Shown: in pieces, positions 57,348-64,000 of the stretch
Numbering within the stretch: the stretch's first letter is position 1
Layout of the letters: each line of letters opens with the position of its first letter
Notes under the pieces: model-generated
Database searches by the model: none
What the model saw: only the letters and a program-made list of their open reading frames with translations
Told to the model about the DNA's origin: nothing
Position numbers and translations under genes: made by a program
Assembly (NCBI GenBank): GCA_004431415.1
Contig: QPMI01000062.1
Location: 248,001-312,000 of the forward strand
DNA: 64,000 bases
From: Cyanophora paradoxa CCMP329
Lineage: Eukaryota; Plantae; Glaucophyta
Direction: 5' to 3'

Positions 57348-59868
57348 TCAGGCGCTGCCGTGGAGGGCGATGCGGGCGATGCGCTTGGGGCTGGTGGCGC
57401 CGGCGTGGAAAGCGGGGGCCTCGGGGGGCGGGTTGGAGAGGGAGGTGAGGTCTGTGAGGGAGGAGCCGCGCGACTTGGGCGTCGCGATGCCGGACGAGTC
57501 CGCCCGGATGTTGATCTTCGGTTCCGCCGGCGACGGCGGGAAGAGCGGGCACGCCGGCGCCGCCGGCCCCGGCGCCTCCTGCGCCTCTCCGCCCAGCGAT
57601 ACGGCGAGGAGGCTGGCGCCGAGCTGCACGACGCTCGCCCCGCCGCCCCCGGCGGGCGGCGGGGCCGGGGAGGGCGCCGGCGCGTGTGCGGGGGCGTTGA
57701 GCGGGGTGTGGCCGAGGGGGTTGCCCGCGGAGAGGCGGGGGCCGTGGTGGTGCCCGTGGTGGCTGTGGTGGTGGACGGGCACGTGCTGCGGGCTCCCCGA
57801 AAGGAGGCCGTTCTCCAGGATCGGCGTGGGCAGCGGCGTGCGCTCCGGGCGGGGCGAGGGCCCCTCGCGGGAGCGGCGGGGGAGGCCGGAGAGGGGGTGG
57901 ATGGGCCCGTGCGCGTGCTCGGCGGGGGCGGCGGGGGCGTGGGTCGGGGAGGCGGAGGCCGGGGGGGAGGGGGAGGGGGAGGTGCGGGGGGCGACGTCCG
58001 GGGCGGTGAGGTAGACGACGACGACCGTGATGTTGTCCCGCTTGAAGCTCCCGTCCAGCTGGTCCAGCGCCTTCTGCGTCAGCGCCTCGCTCGCCTGCTG
58101 CGGGTCCGTGAACCTGCGAGGCGGCGGGCGCCGCCACCGTCAGGGGGCACGGGCAGGGCAGGAGGCGGCGGGGCGGCCGGGGGGCGGCGGGGCGCACTTG
58201 GCGACGACCTCGACGGCCTCCTCGTTGGACATCGCGCCCCACACGCCGTCCGACGAGAGGATCACGAACTGCCGCCGGCCACCGTCAGGCCGGCGAGGGG
58301 GGCCAGGGGAGGCAAGGAGGGGCCCGGGGCGCGTCGAAATCAGGTCCCAGAGTGTCCTCAAAGCGGCCGGAGCCGGGTTCGGAAGGATCCATTGGTATTA
58401 ATTTCTTTTCATCCTTTTCGACGCGGAGCGGCCAATGCAGGGCCCGCCCTAGCCCGCCCCAGGCGCCCGGGCGGCGGGCCGCACCTTGTCGGCGGGGTCG
58501 AGGCGCCTGTGGAGCACGTCCGGCTCGGCGGAGACGCCCAGCGTCTTCGCGAACTTGTCGCCCATCGCGCGCGTCACCGCCAGGCCGGGGAACCGGATCT
58601 CTGCGACCCCGCGTGAGGCCCCCGGCCGCGCCGGCTCGCACGCGGACAACACGCGAACCGCTGTGGTACACGCGCGGCGGCCCGATGCCCTCTCCGTTCC
58701 GGTTCGTCTTCTGCGAGGGGAGTGAGCGGGCGGGTGGCCGCGCTGTAAGCGCCGCAGTGACTGCGGACCTGGATAATGCGCCCGCCACTGGCCTCGATGC
58801 GCTTCTTTTCCTCGGGCACCTCGCCGCTGTGATCCTCCGTGAGCGCAATCGCCTCCATCGCCCCGTCCGGCCCTTGCCGCCCCAGAACAACGCTGCGGCG
58901 AGGACTCAGCGCGACGTCGAGCGAGCGCATTCTGCAGGCTCTTACCGCGAGTCACCGACGTGAGCTACATAAAGATCTATGCCGCGGATGATCGCGACTG
59001 TAGCTGTGCAGCCGGATAGCTCCGTGTCTATGTTGCTCCGGTCGGCGTCCAACAGCTCCTCGTCCGCTTTCACAAAAGCTTCGATCAACGACTCGCTTAC
59101 GGATCGCCACTGCGCGTGAGAGGGCTTAAGAGGCTGCGGTGCCGCGACGGGGCGCGGTTGCGCACTTCTTTGGCGTCATCCGTGCGGGGGTAGGTAAAGG
59201 AGAAAACTGGTTGCTGCTGCACGTGGAAAGGAAGCATCTCCCGGATCCACTTGCTGACCTCCCCGCCGAAAGAACCGTGGCCGTCAAACACGCCGAAGCT
59301 GCGGATCGCGTGAGAAGGCGCATGAGGGGCAACCCCCCGGCTCTTATACCCTAGTGCGCGTACAGAGACTTCTATTTCCAAGCAAAAGCAAAAGGCACGC
59401 ACAGGAACTGCGACGCATCCGAGCAGAAGTTCTCGATCGAGATGTACTCGTCCTGGTTTTCGTTCATACGGCCCACATCGCTGAAGCTACCCACTCCAGA
59501 CACCGAGTTCGATCGCCGCATGAGCCTGCGCGGCCGATTCCCCGACCGACGCGAGTCGCACGAAGGGGCGTGCAAGCGGGAGGACGCGCGCACCCTTCAT
59601 CGGTGAGCACCGGCGAGAAGGACGATGGTTTCGAATCGCCTTTCCCAAGCAGGTTCAGCCGATTCCGAAAGCTAATGCCGAAGCGGATCACGGAAGAGGA
59701 GGACGCCACTGTCCGCTTGTACAGCTCCTTGAGGGACGATCCGGCCCCGCTAGAGTCATCTTTCGACGCTTCAGCGGGCCTGGGCGCGCTGCGCGGTGAT
59801 GACGAGGCTGAGGCGCTCGCGTCGCTAGAGCTGTTGCCCTTGCTCCCGAGCTTCAGCCATGAAAGCAT
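57348..59868 (-). CDS. Protein phosphatase 2C (PPM family) with a Pro-rich C-terminal tail
   Basis: GRMNENQD, FGVFDGHG, SGCTATVA..YVAHVGDS, LTEDH, GLAVTRAMGD, FVILSSDGVW, DNITVVVV. Confidence 0.95.
58330..58425 (-). ncRNA. Intronic C/D box snoRNA, SNORD62/snR41-like (copy 2)
   Basis: 10-bp terminal stem cgcgtcgaaa/tttcgacgcg, C box AGGATGA, guide ccaatggatcct plus D' CCGA, C' TGAGGA, D CTGA; in a ~210-nt PP2C intron. Confidence 0.87.
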
Positions 59869-60111
59869 CGCTTCCTGCGGCGAAGCTGAGCTAGCGCCCG
59901 CTGCGGCTTGCCGTTTGCTGCTGCCCGATGTCTTGGCTGCCGAAGACGCGTACCCTGACGGCAGGGGGGTACTTGCTCATTGGCCAGGCTGCCTGCGGCT
60001 GGCGACAAGCTAGTAGCAGCTCAACCGCATCCCTATCGCGTTGCGCGTTCGTGTTGATAATCCGAAGCGGCCAGCCGGGCAAGGACCCGCGCTAGGACCC
60101 AGCTAGACGCC

Positions 60112-63100
60112 ATGGCGTTCTACATGAAGCGCTCGTCGGCGGAGTCAGAGGAGGACCGTATGCAAAGACTGCGCGTGGCCGTCGAGCTCGGCAAGAAAGC
60201 CGCTTCGCGCCTCCGGGACATCCGCCGCTACGACCAGGATACGAACCCTGACCGGCATAGTGAGACACTCGAGGGCCGGAACAAGGCGGCAGATCTCGAG
60301 TTCAAGGCGAGCCGCCCGCTCGCGGGCCTCGGAGCCACGCTGATGTCCGTTTGAGCAGGACGACTACAGCCCGAAGATAACGTGGGACTACTGCTTCGCT
60401 TTCCCGCGGTTACCAAAGGATGTTACGCCCGAAAACATCGAACAGCACAAGAACAGGCGCAGGATCATCACCGCGTTGAAGTGCGCCTGGCCCTGCGCCA
60501 CCCAAGGCGCTCCTCACGTTGCCCCCAGGAACGCGCGGCTGAAGCTGAAGAAGACGAACACGGACAAGGAGATATTTGTTAAAGTTAGCGCACCGCAGGG
60601 CGTGCTCGAGGAGCTGGTGCGCAGCCAGGCCCGCGCTCCCGCGCCCCAGATCTGACCCGTGCCTCGCGCAGGCGGAACGCATGGAGCTGCAGATGCTTCT
60701 GAAGGTGAGCAGCGGCGCTCTGCGAGCGCCAGTACGCCTCGCGGCGCTGACGGAGCGGGCCGCAGGAGCAATACGGAGGCGGCTTCGACAAGTTCACGCG
60801 GATCACGAAGCACCGCTTCGAGGGCGCCGGCTCGCGCTTCTTCAAGTCGGGCGAGCGCATCCAGATCGTCAAGTTCGCCATCGAGGCCGAGCGCCGCTAC
60901 GGCGGCGCCGAGCTGCACGGTGCGGCCCGCCCCGCGCCGCCCCCACGCCGCACTGGGCTGAAGGACGCGGGGCGGTGCCGCAGACCTGTCGGACATGCTG
61001 CAGAAAGGGGAGCTGCTCGGCGTCTTTCCGCTGCACGAGAAGCGCTCGCAGCAGTGGCTCATCCAGAACTGGGCCCTCGCCTTCTTCAAGCCGCAGCCTT
61101 TGGACAAAGTCGAGGAGGTGCCGCGCCCCTTGCCCCTCCCCTCGCCGCCCCGCCCCGCGCGCCGCTGGGCCCGAGCGGCGGGGGCGCGGGCAGTACTTCG
61201 GGGCGCGCATCGCGATGTACTTCGCGTTCCTGGGGGCGTACTGCAAGTGGCTCACCTACGTAACCGTGCTCGGCATCATCGCCGCCGGCTTCGTCTACAC
61301 GGACCGCGCCCCGCCCGCCCGCGTCGTCACCCTCGACGGCGACGAGCAGATCGTGCGCCCCGCCGCCCGCCGCCGCCCTCGCCCGCGCGGCCGGGCCCGA
61401 CGCGGGCGGGGCAGGTGCGGCCGCTCTCGTACGACGGGCCGGCGACGCTCTTCTACAACCTCGTGCTGGCGGTCGGCGTGACGCTCTTCATCGAGCTCTG
61501 GGGCCGCCAAGAGGCCGTCTGCTGCTACACCTGGAACCAGCAGGACTACGTCTCCAAGGAGCGCACCCGCCCCGAGTACATCGGCAAGGTCCCGCCCCGC
61601 CCCGCCACGCCCCGCCCCGCCGGCCGTCCGGCCCCGCCCGAGGCCCCGGCGCGCAGCTCAAGAAGGGCTTCTGGTCGGAGGAGAACGACTGGGTCTCCCT
61701 CGACAACATCGACGCCGAGTGCGGCCGGCCGCCCCGCCCCGCCCGCACGGGGCCGCAGCGGGGCCCCGCTGACCCCCGCCCCCGCAGGGCGCACGGGTAC
61801 CCGGAGATCAGCGTGACGGACAAGTACTCGCAGCACTCGAGGGGCAAGGCGGCGGCCGTCTGGTCCTTCATCGCCACCCTCGTGCGCCCCGGCGGCGCCC
61901 CGCCAGGCCCGGCCCGCCCGCGCCCGCGCCCCCTCTCACTCGCCCCCGCCAGATGGTCATGGTCGTCGCCACGGCCGTCTCCCTCCTCACCTTCCGCGCC
62001 TACATGCGGCGGGCGCGCCCGAGCCCCCGCCCGCCCATCCCGCCGCCTCGGCGCCGGGGCTGACGGGGCGGGGCGTGGGAGACAGACGGCGGGGGAGCAG
62101 ATCGCGGGGATCGTGGGCGGGCTGGCGTTCGCGGTGACGATCAACGTGTACGGCTTCCTCTACATCAAGATCGCGCGCTTCCTGAACGACCGGGAGAACT
62201 TCCGCACCGACTCGCTCTACGAGGACTCGCTCATCGCCAAAGTCTACCTCTTCCAGTTCGTCAACAACTACGTCTCCTTCTTCTGGATCGCCTTCGTCAA
62301 GAACGCCGAGGTCGAGCTCTTCGGCCGCAAGGCGCGCGCTGCTCTTCCGCCCTCTCGGGGCTCCCCCCGCGCCGCGTCGGCCGCTCACGCTCACGCGCGC
62401 AGGAAGTCTGCATGTCGACGGTCCCGGGGAACCCCGGGTCGCCCCCGAACTGCATGCAGGAGCTCAACCGGCAGCTCGGCTCCGTCTTCATCTCGCAGAT
62501 CTTCATCGGCAACATCATCGAGGTCGTCATCCCGTGCGCCCGCCCCTCCCCCCCGCCCCAGCGCCGCGGCCGGCCCCCCCTGACGCCCCCGGAGGTACCT
62601 GAAGCGGCAGTTCAAGAAGTTCCAGGCGATGCGGCGGCAGGCGATGCTCGGCGACGCCGACGTGCGCCGCACCACCCGCGTCGAGCAGGTCCCGCCCCCG
62701 CCCCCGCCCCGCCGGCGGCCTCCCATCCATCGCCCCCAGTCTTATCCCATTCTCAGGAGTTCCACCTGGTGGAGTACGAGTCGCCGTTCGACGACTACTG
62801 CGAGCTCGTCATCCAGTTCGGCTTCATCTCCATCTTCGCCGCCGCCTTCCCCGTGCGCCCCGCCCCGCCCCGCCCCCGCACCGCCCCGCCGGCCTTTCAG
62901 CCGTCTTCCGCTCCACGCCCGCGAGCGCTGAGCCTCCCCGCTGCGCAGCTGGCGCCGCTCTTCGCGCTGATCAACAACCTGGTGGAGATCCGCTCCGACG
63001 CCTACAAGATCCTCACTTCGTACCGCCGCCCCGAGTTCCTCGGCGCCCAGGGCATCGGTCCGCGCCGCCGGCCATCTCGTTCCGCCCGGCGCCCCGTTCC

Positions 63101-63653
63101 GAACCTCTCCGCGCCCCGCAGGGACGTGGAAGGCGATCATGGAGATCGTGTCGGTGGTCTCCGTCGTGACGAACATGATGATCCTCTGCTTCACGTCGAC
63201 CTTCCTCGACCGCTGGGTCGAGCGGAACGAGTTCAAGCACCCCATCTTCGCCAAGTTCATGCTCTGCGTGGTCGTCGAGCACGGCATCTTCTTCGTCAAG
63301 TGGCTCATGTCGACGCTCATCCCGGACGTCCCCAAGAGCATCCGCCGCAAGGTCGCCCGCCAGGACAAGCTCCTCGAGCTCGCCGTGCGGCCCCGCCCCT
63401 CCCCGCCCCCTCGCTCCGCTCCTCGCGGCGCGGCCTCGCGTCTGATCCCCGCGCAGGAGGAGCGCGAGCGGATGATCAACCTCGTCAGCAGCAACAACGA
63501 CGAGCTGCAGCCCGGCGACGCTGAGCTCGGCCTCGGGTGCGCCCCGCCCCGCCCCACCCCACCCCGCCCCGCCCCGCGCCTCCCGGCGAGCCGGGGCGCC
63601 CGCGCAGGTACGTGACGGAGAAGACGGAGGACGAGAGCGATTACGGCGAGTAG
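60112..63653 (+). CDS. Anoctamin/TMEM16 family channel or scramblase
   Basis: [13 protein letters not shown]|[70 protein letters not shown]|[25 protein letters not shown]. Confidence 0.96.
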
Positions 63654-63868
63654 CCGCGCAGTCCCTGACGCTCGCCCGAGCATCCTTCCCCTCCCGCCTT
63701 CCCCGCTTCCCGGCCCCTCCACGCTCACATGTAGTATGTAGTGTGTCGTGCAAGAACCTAGATTTATGCAAGATTGCTCATTCGTAAGGTGTTCGACGTT
63801 CATGTACAGGCGAAGGTTAGCTGCCAGGCTGCGGAACGGTCCGACGGGTACGGCACGAATTCGATGGC

Positions 63869-64000
63869 TTAGCTAGCGAGCAAGGCGATGCTCCTCTGCA
63901 CGACCCGGTACGACAGGGAGCAGCCCTCGTCGATCGGGCTCTCCAGGACCGGCGAGCGCCTCGCCCTCGGGTTGTGCGTTCCGCCGAGCGGTTCCGCCCC
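63869..64000 (-). CDS. Probable 3' end of a gene continuing beyond the window
   Basis: Open frame ...RSPVLESPIDEGCSLSYRVVQRSIALLAS* converging on the anoctamin 3' end. Confidence 0.35.
   Translation of the reverse strand, partial: GAEPLGGTHNPRARRSPVLESPIDEGCSLSYRVVQRSIALLAS

Overview
Very GC-rich, gene-dense eukaryotic nuclear DNA with many short (~50-80 nt) spliceosomal introns, so the raw ORF track is mostly noise and genes were rebuilt exon by exon. The style (tiny C-rich introns, many GC-AG introns, HMG-CoA reductase, nitrate and ammonium transporter sequences) would fit a protist or alga such as the glaucophyte Cyanophora, but this is inference only. About 22 genes: ammonium transporter, a cluster of five F-box(-like)/LRR genes built partly by two tandem duplications, HMG-CoA reductase, a coiled-coil/PH protein, carboxypeptidase D-like, F-box/kelch, CutA, XPD, PDAP1, a Cid1-type nucleotidyltransferase, a DUF4062-NACHT-TPR (STAND/NLR-like) gene, dephospho-CoA kinase, Ubc6, PP2C and anoctamin. 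The best candidate for an undescribed system is the lipid-anchored STAND gene, whose TPRs are each encoded by one 126-nt phase-0 exon separated by recombining 72/75-nt introns. Other highlights: a MITE in the intron before that array, an orphan NRT2 exon fragment just downstream, three intronic snoRNAs (two paralogous SNORD62-like C/D RNAs in unrelated hosts and a SNORA70-like H/ACA RNA), twin 63-nt introns in Ubc6, and a duplication-born HMGR::PH chimera. Exon boundaries were read by eye, and some frameshifts may be long-read assembly errors.
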